From Leucoraja ocellata (taxonomy: Eukaryota), in contig JAWMAR010000027.1 of assembly GCA_036785375.1 (NCBI GenBank), positions 4,588,001 to 4,652,000 of the forward strand: DNA of 64,000 bases, written 5' to 3'. The position numbers and the translations under genes are program-made. The notes below the pieces were generated by a model. The model saw only the letters and a program-made list of their open reading frames with translations. It had not been told where the DNA came from and did not search any database. Shown piece after piece: positions 37,745 through 50,962 of this stretch (the stretch's first letter is position 1; every line of letters begins with the position of its first letter).

Positions 37745-38676
37745 TAGAGGCGGATGACAAGAAGCTGGGGGGCAGTGTTAGCTGTGAGGAGGATGCTAGG
37801 AGGCTGCAAGGTTACTTGGATAGGCTGGGTGAGTGGGCAAATGCATGGCAGATGCAGTATAATGTGGATAAATGTGAGGTTATCCACTTTGGTGGCAAAA
37901 ACAGGAAAGTAGACTATTATCTAAATGGTGGCCGATTAAGAAAAGGGGAGATGCAACGAGACCTGGGTGTCATGGTACACCAGTCAATGAAAGTAGGCAT
38001 GCTGGTGCAGCAGGCAGTGAAGAAAGCGAATGGTATGTTAGCATTCATAGCAAAAGGATTCGAGCATAGGAGCAGGGAGGTTCTACTGCAGTTGTACAGG
38101 GTATTGGTGAGACCACACCTGGAGTATTGTGTACAGTTTTGGTCTCCAAATCTGAGGAAAGACATTCTTGCCATAGAGGGAGTACAGAGAAGGTTCACGA
38201 GACTGATTCCTGGGATGTCAGGACTTTCATATGAAGAAGGACTGGATAGACTCCGCTTGTACTCACTAGAATTTAGAAGTATGAGGGGGGGATCTTATAG
38301 AAACTTATAAAATTCTTAAGGGGTTGGACAGGCTAGATGTAGGAAGATTGTTCCTGATGTTGGGGAAGCCCAGGACAAGAGGTCACAGTTTAAGGATAAA
38401 GGGGAAATCCTTTAGGACCGAGATGAGAAAAACATTTTTCACACAGAGAGTGGTAAATCTCTGGAACTCTCTGCCACAGAGGGTAGTTAAGGCCAGTTCA
38501 TTGGCTATATTTAAGAGGGAGTTAGATGTGGCCCTTGTGGCTAAAGGGATCAGGGGGTATGGAGAGAAGGCAGGTACAGGATACTGAGTTGGATGATCAG
38601 CCATGATCATATTGAATGGCGGTGCAGGCTCGAAGGGCCGAATGGCCTACTCCTGCACCTATTTTCTATGTTTCTA
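37745..38676 (+). mobile_element. CR1 LINE, 5'-truncated, ORF2 C-terminus frameshifted in a G-run near 38285
   Basis: WQMQYNVDKCEVIHFG...LVRPHLEYCVQFWSP...; second frame RGHSLRIKG...FFTQRVVNLWNSLP; tail ttctatgtttcta. Confidence 0.95.
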
Positions 38677-39451
38677 AACCCAATGAAGTTCTTGTGGTGG
38701 AAATACACATTTTCAAGTATAAGATATAGCCGCAGTCCAAATGTGATTCCAAGTTACAGACAGTTTGTTTGAAGAGGGATGGAGCTGGTGTTCTCCCGAG
38801 ATTCTACTAGGGAGCCCAAATGAGGAATGTGCAGTCGTTTCTCAGCTCTCATTAAACCGGATTGTCAGCTAATGAGTGACTACAAATTCTGGACCAATGT
38901 TATTGGGAAGGGTGAACTGTGATTTTGTGTTTAAAGAAAGGTCTCAATCTGAAACGTCAACCATTTCTTCTCACCAGAGATGCTGCCCGTCCTACTGAGT
39001 TATTCCAGCATTTTGTGTCTAATTGGGATTTTGGTGCAGATAGCAGATAAATGAGGAGGACTCAATGGATGGTCACTTCAAGAAATATTTAAGTTGCCCA
39101 GATGGAGCCATTGGGGTTGGGGTAATCTTGCATTGTTTCAAGATTGGTGGAATCAAAATTTAGAGTGTAGAAATGTAATTTTCAGGTTGATGGGCTGTAA
39201 CAGATGTTCAGATCAATTTTGGTCCCAATTGTTGCAGTCCAACTGAAAGTTCCTGATCTGAAACATTGCCTATCTATGTTCTCCAGAGATACTGCCTGAC
39301 CCCCTGAGTTGCTCCAGCACTTGATGTCCTTTTTTGTAAACTAGCATTTGTTGTTTCTTGCTTCTGCATATCTCTTTAATCAATCTTTTGATGATCTGCT
39401 CATGTGACTCGGTATAAAATGTTGTTGCCTACAGAGGGGAAGGAAAGTTTT

Positions 39452-39699
39452 ATCTTTGTGTTTTTTTTACATTTATATGTTTCCTTTTAAAGATTTAACT
39501 ATATTTACATAGAGACCGGGAGGTCTATATTCATTGTGTATTTTGACACTGGTCTCATATTAGGTTATACCTGTTATTAATGTAATCCTGATCCCTATGT
39601 ATCAATACCATTGTTATGTTTATCATTATTCTTTTTGCTCTTTTTTATGTTTTATTTTTGTATTTTTTGAAAAAAAAAACAATAAAAAGATTTTAAAAG
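39452..39699 (+). mobile_element. L1/Tx1-like 3' UTR insertion with TSD
   Basis: T-rich body ending aataaaaagattttaaaagg; flanks gaaggaaagtttt (39439-39451) / gaaagaaagtttt (39700-39712). Confidence 0.5.
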
Positions 39700-41329
39700 G
39701 AAAGAAAGTTTTGTTAAGTGAAAGCACTCTGTGAATGGAAACTGCTGTTATTTCTCTTGTATTATTGTGATATTTGGGTTTAAAGACATTGTGTCCACTG
39801 TGTATAATTCCCTTGTTTTCTTTTATGGTTAAGTTTCACCAAATAACTTTATATCAACTTATTTAAAAAAATTACGATTAGAACAGATCCAGTAGGAATA
39901 TTAATGCCTCATTTACAGTCCTTTAGTTGCAATTGGCTTTTCCTATTTTCTAGAGCTGAAGTCATCTTGCAACGCAGAGTTCTGAATATAAGAAACAAGG
40001 TCAGGAATAGGACATAGCGTGAATCAGAGGGAGGTTTGGTTGCTGCAGGCACGAGGTGGGGCCAGAATTAGACCACACTTCCTCGACCAAGAATCAGTTC
40101 ATTCAGATCTCTAGGCAAGGCCCCTTTTTCTATTAGATCATATTTGATCCTTCATGTTTATCATCATGAGGTACAGAAGAAGTATGAGTTTAATACATTA
40201 GAGATTATGTTTCTACATCTATTCCTCCTTGAACACCATTAAGTTCTTTGAAATGTACCCGTGTCCTCACTTCAGCCATGGTTCAGAGCTAATGATCTTA
40301 TTGTGCAGGAATAAGGATTACTAGTTTAGTTCTAAAATGGCCCTTTACTGCCCTGAACCTGTCTCAATGCATTTCAAAATATTATTCCAGTTTTCTGCTC
40401 TCAATCTTGTTAATTATCTTGTATTCCCATAAAATCACATCTGACATACCTTTCTTCTTTGATTATGGAGAACAAAGATTATTAAGTAATTTCTCACACT
40501 TGATTACTGTAACATTAAGGTTCAGTCTTGGGTTTGACTCCACATTATTCTGAAATGTTGATAGACCTGTTATGTTATATTAGGGTGATGGACTCCAGTG
40601 ATCAGAGTAATGTGCAGCTTTTGCATTTGAAAATTTGCATTGTTTTTTCAATATATATTTGGTAGCTTGAGCGGACATAATGTATTGCTACTCATAGCAA
40701 TCTTCCAACTTGTCACTCTCCTACTCATTCATACAGCGCATATACAGTACCTCTAATTCATATTCTGAGTGTATTTTGTTTGTACTGAACTTCATTTGTC
40801 AGTAATTATCAAGTATAATTAGGCCATTCTATTATTTTAATTAGCTAATAATGCAGGTAGCTTTGTAAATTTCCTATGCAAATCACAATATGGAGCATTC
40901 AAATATCTGAACATTTGGTTGTCATCTCTCTTAAAAGTATTTTATAGTACCAATGAATTATTCCTAATCATAGCACGGACTGCTCTTCATCAATATAGCC
41001 CATATTTAGTTCCAGTTAAATGACAGTATTTATCAATGTTCCAATATCCATTGTCTGTCACGTGATGTGTATCTAAATTACCTGTAGGATCAGCAATGTA
41101 GTAAATGTATGTATGGTCAGTAGAAAGAGTTTGAAAAAAATGTTCTCAAGTCAAAATTGCATGCATGGAGCAAACCTAGTTAATCAGAAGAAACCAGAGA
41201 GGAGCATTTATTGTTCAGGAGAAGATTGGGTTTGAATTGAATAGCTTTCAGATGGATAGAGGTTTTTGAATCGATGTAAAAAATAAAGGAAGTTGAAAAC
41301 AGTTGTCCCGTAAATGTGACACTGAATGT

Positions 41330-42290
41330 AAGACAACATAGAAAACAGGCAAAATGCTCAGGCTGGAAAAAGATAACTAGTGGAGTACCCCAGGATCAGT
41401 TCTTGCCGCTCAATTGTTTACTATTTACATTAATGACTTGGATGAGGGAACAAAATCAAGGTTTTTGAGTTGACCAATGGTACAAAAATGTATGGAAAAC
41501 CTTATGGCGAGGGCATTGTGATTCTGCAATGGGAGAGAGATAGATGGAGTGATTGGACAAAAACTGACAATTGGAACTCACTGCAAGGGAGTTAAGTTCA
41601 GGGGGATCTAGGCATTCTAGTGCATAAACTACAAAATGTTAGCAGGCAGGTCCAGCCAGACATTAAAAAAGTAAGCAGCATTTTGGTCTTTATTGCGAAG
41701 GGGTTAGTATTAAAAACTCGGGCGGTTTTGTTAGTCCTACAGGGTGTTGAGGATGCCTCACTGGGAGTACACAGTACACAGCTTGTCCGCTTCTCTTAAA
41801 GGATTATGAAGAGATTCACCAGATTAATAAAAACACACTGCTGGAGGACCTTTTGGTGGCTCAGAAAATGTCTGATATGAGAACATTGTCCTATTGAGTG
41901 AGGCTAGAAGAGTTTGGGTTACAATTTCTTGAAGTTCAGAAGAATATTGAAACGCATAAGATCCAAAGTGGAGGATGGACACAAAATGCTGGAGTAACTC
42001 AGCGGGACAGGCAGCATCCCTGGAGAGGAGGGATGGGTGAGTCGCAATGAAAGGGAACATAGGTACAAGATAAGGAGCTGGTCATTTAAAACTGAGGTGA
42101 ATAGAAATTTCTTCTCTGAGGGTAGTGAATTTCTGTAATTTTCTGCCACAGGATGGTTGAGGTCAGACCGTTAGATATAATTAAGATGGGAATCTTGCGC
42201 AGAAGTGGAATCGAGGTTAGTGCAAATAAGCTGTAATTACATTGAAGGCTGGGCAGGCCTGCTCCTGTTCCTAGTTTTTTGTGTTCTTGC
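41330..42290 (+). mobile_element. Old CR1 LINE RT-to-3' fragment with a PLE fragment inserted (~41977-42040)
   Basis: agtggagtaccccaggatcagttctt...tttacattaatgacttggatgaggg (SGVPQGSVL...YINDLD). Confidence 0.8.
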
Positions 42291-42949
42291 ATTCATGAAG
42301 TGTTGAAAAATCTCTATTAGTCAGAGAGGTTATATGGAAATAAAATTAACATTTCAGACTCTTTGTCTGTTTGTACTTCCAGAATTTGCTACTTTTATTT
42401 CAGATTTTCAGGATCAGAAATGTTGTGCACTTATTATGAACATCATGTGTCTTGCATTATTATCATAACATTTCCGTGTTTCACACAATTTTAAGGTGAA
42501 ACGTGGTTCTACTTGCAAACAGAAACCTGCTGTTTATATTCCTATTTGTCTCAGAAACTGTTATTTGATCAGAAGATTGGATGCATTTGCTTCCTGGAAT
42601 AAAGTATCTCTTTAGGAATTTCTAGTTTCCGCTGTAGATTCCTGGATTTGAAATCCCAGTCCAGGTTCTTGCTGTAGTGTCAATTGTACTTTTCCCATCT
42701 GCTACAATACTCAAAGAAACAGCAAGCTATATGCAAATGCGTGAAGTGTCCAGTTTAATGATATGGGCAGTTTGCTTGCAAGATTATGCTTAAGTAATTT
42801 CTTGTGTCAAGCAGTCCATCAAGAGTGGATTCATGAATTAAGCCACAAAATTCCTACGGGAAGAATAATAATCTATTTGCAAATGGAGTCGATTTTTAAA
42901 TGTGAAATATTAGAACATGTCCCTTATGGTGCATGAATGCACAACATAA

Positions 42950-43800
42950 GGACATAAGAATAAGAAACATGAAAAGGCCATTTGGCCCTGCATGCTTGCT
43001 CTGTCATTTTAATAAGATATTGTATGATCCTTTACCTTGATGCTACTTTCTTGCAATAATCCTCCATGGTTCATGCCGTGGTTCCCTTAATATCTGAAAA
43101 TATATGGATCTCTAGAATATAATCAGTAGCCAAGGTTCTTTAGCTGTCTTGAATAGTGAATCCAAAGATTCACTCTGTCCTGAATGTTTGACGTCTTGCA
43201 TTGTGATTAAAGATAGATGCAAAATGCCGGAGTAACTCTGGAGAGCAGGAATGGATGACATTTCAGGTTGAGACCCTTCTTCAGTCTCTGAGATTGTGAT
43301 AGCGGATTCTAAACACTGCAGTTGGGAGAAATGTCAAATATGTATTTGCCCTGTGAAGCCCTTAAGAATTCCGTAAGATTCAAGTAGATTACGAGAACCT
43401 CTTCTAAACCCTAGAGAGAATAGACCCAGTTTGCTTAATCTCTCCTCATCCGACAAATTCATCAATCTAGTACATTTTCATTGCACTTCCTCTATTTCAA
43501 GTATATAGTTTTTTGATTTAGGAGAACATAACTATACTAATGCTGTCTCATGAGGTCTCTATATTATCGGCATAAGATATCTCTATTCTAATGCCGAATA
43601 TTTTTGTAATGAAGGCCAACATACCAATTGCTTCTTAATTGTGTACTTAAACTGAGAACTAACTTCCATTCATTTATTGACATCGAAATCCAGGATCTCT
43701 GAACAAAGACTCCTTTAGATCTCACCGTTTAAAAAATAATTTGTCTCTATTTTTCCATATTTGGATAACCCCTCTTTTTCCACATTGTGTTCCATCTGCT
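42950..43800 (-). mobile_element. Old CR1 LINE 3' fragment with a PLE fragment inserted (~43212-43288)
   Basis: cataagaacataag-type tail and reverse-complement ORF2 end; the insert is flanked by attgtgat repeats. Confidence 0.65.
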
Positions 43801-44539
43801 ACATACGTTCAGCTAGTCCATCTGTACTCGCTGAATTCTTGCAGCCCAGTATGATGATTTGGTTTATATTAAAAGTAAACGCAATTGGAGAGGTACAAAA
43901 TAGAATCAAGTGCGTTAGCCCACCAAGTTCACACCGTCAAGCATCCAAAATAACAATCACCCCACACTGACCATTTCATTATTACTCTACTGTTATACTT
44001 GGTGTGTGGCATCAGAGTGTGTTTACTGGGATCAACCTTACTAAAACTGTAGCTAAATCATTGTCTCACAGTAGCTGGTATACAGTGAACCAGCTCAAAT
44101 AATACACTTCAACAGTAACAAAGAATAAAATATCATGATCTTTTTATTTGTTGCCTATCATTGAAAATGACAACTACCTTAAACAGTTTTGCAGATTTGA
44201 AAGATCCAGCAACAAAAAAAGTTTATTTGTGGAATCTGGGTGTCCAGCCTGAGTTGGTGACAGATTCTATGACAATGCAAGCAAATGTGATAAGATGTGA
44301 AGCTATTCAAAACAAGGCTATAAATGTTTATCCAACAGGTAGGTGCTGGACAAAAAGTAGAACAAGAAAACTGCAGACAAGGTGTTGCAGACTAGCTGTT
44401 GGTAGAACTGTGGACACTAATTTCAATGGTTAAAGAAGAAACACCATGCATTTGGGGAGGTGGAGGGAGGGAAGGAGCACAATGTGGATTGGAAAATCAT
44501 TTGCACATGTAGTGTGCAAAGAAGAAGAAATCAAACCTG

Positions 44540-45030
44540 CATGCACTGGGTGAAATGAGTTGTTCAGGGACCTAGGCTCAGTCAGAGAATCAGTTGAATG
44601 CAATGCCCCTGATACCATACAAAATTATTCCAATGGAAGGTAGATAGACTGATCTACCTACGCCAAAATGGTGTGATAATGACGATCAGTAAGGAATAAC
44701 TTTTTTTTGTGCTGTAATCATAAGCCCACTTGAGGTCACTGATTTAAGCCTTTCCAAAAGAGAACAAAATGGTTGCAGTAAATGCAGAGATGATGCTGGT
44801 GTACAATGTACAGGTTTGGTATTGTCCAGGCAAAGACATGCATGTGACCAATATGCTTAGCCCAGCCTATCCCAAGGACATCAGGAAAGCCAATGCTACA
44901 GAGTTTGGACCAACAAGGCATCGAGTCATATTCCAATTTCTCAGCCTTGTTTTGCAGGAAATTGAGGGAACTGCTGGACAGGTTGATGTGATGCAACGGC
45001 ATTGGCAAAGGATTTCAACAAGATGGAATT
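44540..45030 (+). mobile_element. Degraded Ty3/Gypsy LTR retrotransposon pol fragment (RNase H end)
   Basis: HKPL..., then ...YNVQVWYCPGKDMHVTNMLSPAYP, matching the Gypsy RNase H C-terminal YxPGKxMxxADxLSRA motif. Confidence 0.55.
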
Positions 45031-45552
45031 AAATGCAACATGATGCTGAACCAGTTCTCAGACTGCACTTGGGCAAGGTGGGCCACGCACTTTGGGGGCC
45101 TGATTGTTAAAGTACGAGTGTCTACAAATCTATACAAAAGATCCAAGGAAAGGAAACTTCACATTCAAGACTTAGATCTTGGGCCAAATTGGGTCAGATC
45201 AGTTTCACCAAGATGGGAAATTGATTTGTTTTCACATTATTGTCCAATTTATCAGTCATTCCAGTTGGCATTGACAACCTTAAATCCTTGTGTTGACAGT
45301 ACAAGGAAACTCAATGTAAATGATGGAAGGAACACATCCACCAACCCCCAAACCACCCACCCTGTGTACCCAAACCTCACCTTTTCTACCTGTGTAGAGT
45401 CTGCGGTTCCTATGTTGATCTCATCAGCCCCCACAAAACTGGAGTGGGAGTAAGTTATACTTCTTCCCAGGGGAGAAGATAAAGGTTTGAAACTCGTACC
45501 ATTTCAAGTGTTGGAGGTACAGTAAGAATGAGGGCAAAATCATACCAGTGCC

Positions 45553-45880
45553 GAAGTGTGAAAATGCACACCACCAGATTCAGGGATAGTTTCTTCCCAG
45601 CTGTTATCAGGCAACTGAATCATCCTACTACAACCAGTCAACAGTGCTGAACTACTATCTACCTCTTTGGTGACTCTCGGACTATCCTTGATCAGAGTTT
45701 GCTGGCTTTACCTTGCACTAAACGTTATTCCCTTATCACGTATCTATACACTGTAAATGGATTGATTGTAATCATGCATTGTCTTTCTGCTGACTGGCTA
45801 GCGCAGAACAAAAGCTTTTCACTCCACCTGAGTACACGTAACAATAAACTAAACTGAACTGAAACTGAAAAACTGAACTG
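45553..45880 (+). mobile_element. Rex1/Babar-like LINE 3' end
   Basis: Encodes TTRFRDSFFPAVIRQLN; ends aataaactaaactgaactgaaactg. Confidence 0.85.
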
Positions 45881-48329
45881 TGGCAGAGGCCAGTGTTGAC
45901 TTGACACACATCACACTCCAGATGATACCCCATCATGAAGGAGGAGGATGCCCTGTATTGGAGGAACAGGTGCCATTGCAAGAAGACCCTTGAAGAGGCT
46001 TAAAACTGGTATGAAGATATGCATCAGTGCACTACTAATTCTGCAGATGAAGAATATTTCAAATTTTCTTTTGACGTAAGAAAGCCCCAACAGTTGGAAC
46101 CAACTTTGGAAGCACAGTTTGTTCAGTACCAAATACTTTATGCCAAAGTAAAGCATTTGGAGACTATTTTGGATGCATTTTCCCTCCTTTTTTCTCTCTT
46201 TTGCTAAATAAAATATATTTGTTAGTCGAGTAGCTGAGAGCCCATTTTCTCAGTAAGTGAATGAGAAAAATTACCGAGACTACCTCCATACAAGGGATGG
46301 CTGCCTGCCTTTTACAGAGGTTTCTCAATCTTGGGTTAAACGAGCAAATGTACAGTCTTCCTTATGATGACAAAAGAGGAATTTTCTACTCGATACTGTA
46401 GCCTTTTCTATAACGTGGTATTGACATGTAGGATTTTCAGTGTTTTTATTAATGTTACTGGTTTACCTTGTAAAGAATATATGCAAAGTGTTGCCATTGA
46501 GTTTGCTCCTTGTTGAGGACACGCAGCAACTATTTTGATAGAAAGCTTCTTCAGCAATCAACATCGCCTAAATCCCTCCACTTTTGGCTGAGAATTTAAT
46601 CAAGTAACAAATCCGTGAGCTGTAGCCACTAAATCATTCATCCGGCCGTACAGTGCAACTGACCTGAAGAGATATATAATTTACATGGATGTGATTAGCT
46701 TCTGGAGCGCAATGCGGTCTCTCGAGAAACTGGGGCTGATGAAAATTTCATATTTTAAGACTTGATGAGCGTTTCTTAAATTAATGGTTGGATCAAGAGC
46801 ACGATTGAACTGAAAGTTCAGGCTTGATAGTTGGATATTCGTGTTCAGAATTGCCTTAATTAGCCGAGCCAGTTGAGTTATAATTGGGATAAAAATATGA
46901 CAGATTTTTGGGAAACATTATCGCCCAATGTTAATTGCCAATGTCCTCAAACAACAAGCTTGATAAAAAGACAAATTTAAGCATTTAATAAAAAAATTCA
47001 TTCTGCATGTTCCGATTCGGTTCTGCAGCACTTCAGTGAAATTATTAGGTTTTAGTTTGCTGTTAATAATAAATGTTTTCATGATTTATGATGAGGTTCA
47101 GGTTAATGGCTGAGTAATTTTGTTTCTTGCAATTCTATGTACATGGGTCTTTCTCGTAAAAGTAAAATTTGACATTGGACCAATTACTTATTATTTTGCA
47201 TGCATTATTGTGTTTCCCTTAGCCATTAATTTTTAAGAGTTTTTGCTTTTTGATTCCCCCCCTTGGTTCATTATCTTTATAAGTGTCAGCCATAGCTTAA
47301 TATGAACTCTCTCTTGGCCCAGAGGCAGAAAGTTGTAGTTTTCATGCCCCGTTGCAAAAAGAACAATTGTATCGGTACATCAAAAGAAAAAAAGTTAATT
47401 GGATGTAAGCTACGAAACATACAAGCTGCTTTATTAATGAAGGTCTTTCTTCTTTGGGTTTAGATTGTATCTTTTACTCCAGACCGCATCAGTATTTTAA
47501 CTTTGATTGCTCTAACCTTTCATAAAGATGCACTTTATGCTGTACTATAATCAGCATACAACACAGTACGGTCGATGAAGTCCAGTCAAAGCACTTCTAA
47601 ACCTTTTTGCTGTAGTGGAGATAATGCTGTATTATTGGAAATGCTTCCCTTCAGAGGGGATATTAAACCAAGGACATTTGTCTTGTAAGAATTATACCAC
47701 CATATGAGTATGGAATTATCTTAAAGGACACAAGATGCTGGAGTAACTCAGCGTGTCAGGCAGCATCTCTGGATAACATGGATAGATAACCTTTTGGGTC
47801 GGGACCCTTCAGACTCGCGAATTCTTCAGGAAATCTCTTGAAGGAGAAACTAACAGGTTAACTGGCTAGTTTTTCATTGTGTGTGGGACTGATGTAAAAA
47901 CATTAGTTGCGTTTTTCAAGTACAAGGTAGAAATTTAATTTTTGCAACGGTTTTTATAAAAGAGAAAATGTGAAATGTTTGCGTGTAATTTGAGGTATTG
48001 GCTTAGCAAGTAATTTCAATTACTGATTCACTTCCTTATGCATTAATATGATGAGTCTAATCTGCTGCTGTTGTTCTAATCTGCATTCGTGATCATACTT
48101 CTGCCAGTTCCAGTTTTGTATCACTGTGTAGATTAAGCAGCACGGTGTTTGTATGTGTATTTAGGTGCACATTTGAAGCCTTTTGCCAGAGTGCAGTAGA
48201 ACTAAATTCTGCTGAAAATATTATTGGAGGCCTTCATATGTATGTGATGTTCACGTATTTATTATACATGTATTTTGATGTTTTTTACACTGATCTTTGC
48301 TGAAATTACCTCTGGTTTGTGTGCAATCA

Positions 48330-48580
48330 CTTCTAGGACCAAAGGCCCTAACCTCAGAATGAAAGGACCTACCTTTGGAAAGGAGAAGAGGAGGAATTTC
48401 TTTGAGGAGGAGTGAATCCGTGGAATTCATTGCCACAGAAGGCTGTGGAGACCAAGTCAATAGATGTTTTTAAGGCAAAGATTGATAGATTTTTGATTAG
48501 TACGGGTGTCGGGGGTTATGGGGCAAGGCAGGAGAATGAGTTTGAAAGGGAAAGATAGATCAGCCATGAGCTCATTGTTG
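48330..48580 (+). mobile_element. CR1 LINE 3' fragment
   Basis: ctaggaccaaaggccctaacctcagaatgaaagga...gatcagccatga. Confidence 0.8.
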
Positions 48581-48952
48581 AGCGCCTGGTCATTTTTTTT
48601 ACACCTACTCTGGTACTTGGTGGAAGAACCAAGAGTCTCTTCACATGCAGTTTGGTCGATTTCATGGAAGCACATTCATTGTGAACACTCTCCATGACTC
48701 TTGTTGGAGTGATCAAATTGTTTGCAAATTGGTGCCTGAGACAAACTACATTTGTTGGATCATTGAAAGCTTTGACGTGGCCTATTTTTGTACCAACGTT
48801 TTTGTTGATGCTGGTATTTTGAGATAGGATTGATCGAAGTAATAGATCAAATTAGGTAGTGGTTAATTCTGCTGCAATCTGCACCAGTCATGTTACAGGT
48901 GTGTGGATATTGCGGCAAAAGCAACATAACTGCAGGTCACCCATCAGTTCCA

Positions 48953-49520
48953 AGCTGTAGCTCAGTTGGTAGCAATCTCCATCTCTCAACTAAACATTTG
49001 TGAATTCAAAGGCCATTCTAGAGATTTGAGCATAGAAATGTAGGCTGGAACTATAGGCTTATACTGAGGATTGGCACAAAATGCTGGAGTCACTCATGCA
49101 GCATCTTTGGAGAAATGGTATAGGTGATGTTTCAGGTCGACACCCTTCAGACAGAGTCGGGGGAGAGGGAAACTAGAGATATGAAAAGGTCCAAAGAACA
49201 AAAAAATGAAAGGTATGAAAAGAACAAATCGAGGCTAGCAAGGATGGATGTTCAAGGAAAGGTGGAGCCCACAATGGTCCATTGTTGGCTGTGGAAGAGG
49301 TGATAACTAAGGGGTATAAACAGTGAAACTAAGCAGGATGTCAGTGCAATGTGGAACGGAAGAGTACTGAGTAATACTGAGGATCTGTTGATGCAACTGA
49401 TAAAGTGCCATATTTTAGATGAGATGTGCAAATTGAAGAGAGTACTCTTGTAAAGTATAGTTGATTTCTGGCTGTAGTCATGGGTAACATTTATCCATTA
49501 ACCAAATAAAGAAATCTACA
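48953..49520 (+). mobile_element. Ancient tRNA-derived Deu-domain SINE (SacSINE1-like), split by a PLE insertion at 49072-49373
   Basis: gctgtagctcagttggtagc...gagatttgagcatagaaatgtaggctg...atactgagga, continuing gtgccatattttagatgagatg. The PLE insert is flanked by TSD atactgaggat (49061-49071 / 49374-49384). Confidence 0.55.
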
Positions 49521-50708
49521 CTGAAACAGGTGGTGCTATTCTGAGAGTGAGGCTAAAGGACTAATTTACCAGCCAAGGGAATATGTTTCATAGAGGGGTT
49601 TATTAGAAGGGTACCCTTCGAGTAGCAATGAAGCATAACTGTTGCGATTATATATTTCATTTTTAATGATCTCAGTCAAACTTTCTGATTGAGGATATCG
49701 ATTGTGTCTGGAAAGTTGGCATGATTAACCAGGTTGCAAAGACCCTGTGCATTTTATAATATACTTAAATATCTTTGGCCTAGCATGTTTTTGATTGTTG
49801 CTTTGGGGCAGCTAATTATAGTAGGTCGCCTTTTAGCACAGCTCCGTGTACAATTAGGGTGGAGTTGCCCTTTAATACATGCCACACAAACAAGAGAAAG
49901 CAAGAATCAAATCGGCTAATCTGTAAAGTGCCTCTGCATACATTAAACAAGCACAAAGAGTGGATGGAATGTATGCTGGGCATGGAAATGAAATAATTTA
50001 CAGTTTATTGCATGGCTGCTGCCAAAGCTGTGATTGACAATTGAAAGTACAAAGTATACTTGTGCATGCACTGAATGTTAATTTCTAATGTTAATTTTTC
50101 CTTGGGCCTTGGCTTCTGACTGTAACTACTAGAACTGAGTTCTTTATTACCAGACCATTTTTTATATATCAGGTGCATTTTTGCACTTTCTAAAACCTTA
50201 AAGGGCTGATTGCCAATTAATAAATCAGACAGTTTTAATCTTCTTTCTTGTTTAATGCCTTTGTGAACACATCGGCTCAAAGTGCAATGTAGTTTAGTAT
50301 TTAAAAAAACAGATAATTTAATTCTTTGCCGAAATAGTCATGTTTTAAGCTAGACTGCATTTTGGTTATAGAAACTTTATTATTGGGGTATTAGAATTAA
50401 GCATGCTAATTTTTGAGCTTTAAGAAGTTCATCATTTGATGGCAGAACTAATTCTGCTCTAAAAAACATTGTTCGTGTGCCAAATGCATTTGAAGTTGTG
50501 GGCAAAGCTGAGCAGTAGTGTTCAACATATACACGGATGACACATAAAGTTTTCCTGCAGATGGGTAACTCCTGATGAATGTGGCCTGCCCTTGTACTGG
50601 CACTGTAATCTATGTGAGTAATGAAATGGCAGTGGGAAATGTGAAGGGGCCCACCTGATTTGGTCTGATGTCATGAAGCCACTTTTTGAATTTTCTGACA
50701 AACGGATT

Positions 50709-50962
50709 GTTTAGTTTAGTTTAGAGGTACAGTGCGGAAACAGGTCCTTCGGGCCACCGATTCCTCATAGACCAGCGATCCCCGCATACTCTCATTATGC
50801 AACTCGCATTGGGAGCAATTTACAAATTATACCAAGTTAGAAACCCATACGTCCTTGGAGTTTGGGAGAAAACCGGAGCTCTGGGAGAAAACCCACGCAG
50901 GTCACAGGGAGAACGTACAAACTCCATACAGACAGCACCCGTAATCAGGATTGGACCCGTCT
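50709..50962 (-). mobile_element. HE1-like V-SINE
   Basis: (ttag)n tail and aaacccacgcaggtcacagggagaacgtacaaactcc. Confidence 0.85.

Noticed and set aside
37816-38587. ORFs of 164 and 87 aa as host genes
   Set aside because: They are frameshifted CR1 ORF2 C-terminal remnants.
48953-49015. tRNA gene-like A-box/B-box
   Set aside because: Degenerate SINE head with no cloverleaf; the same applies to the V-SINE heads.
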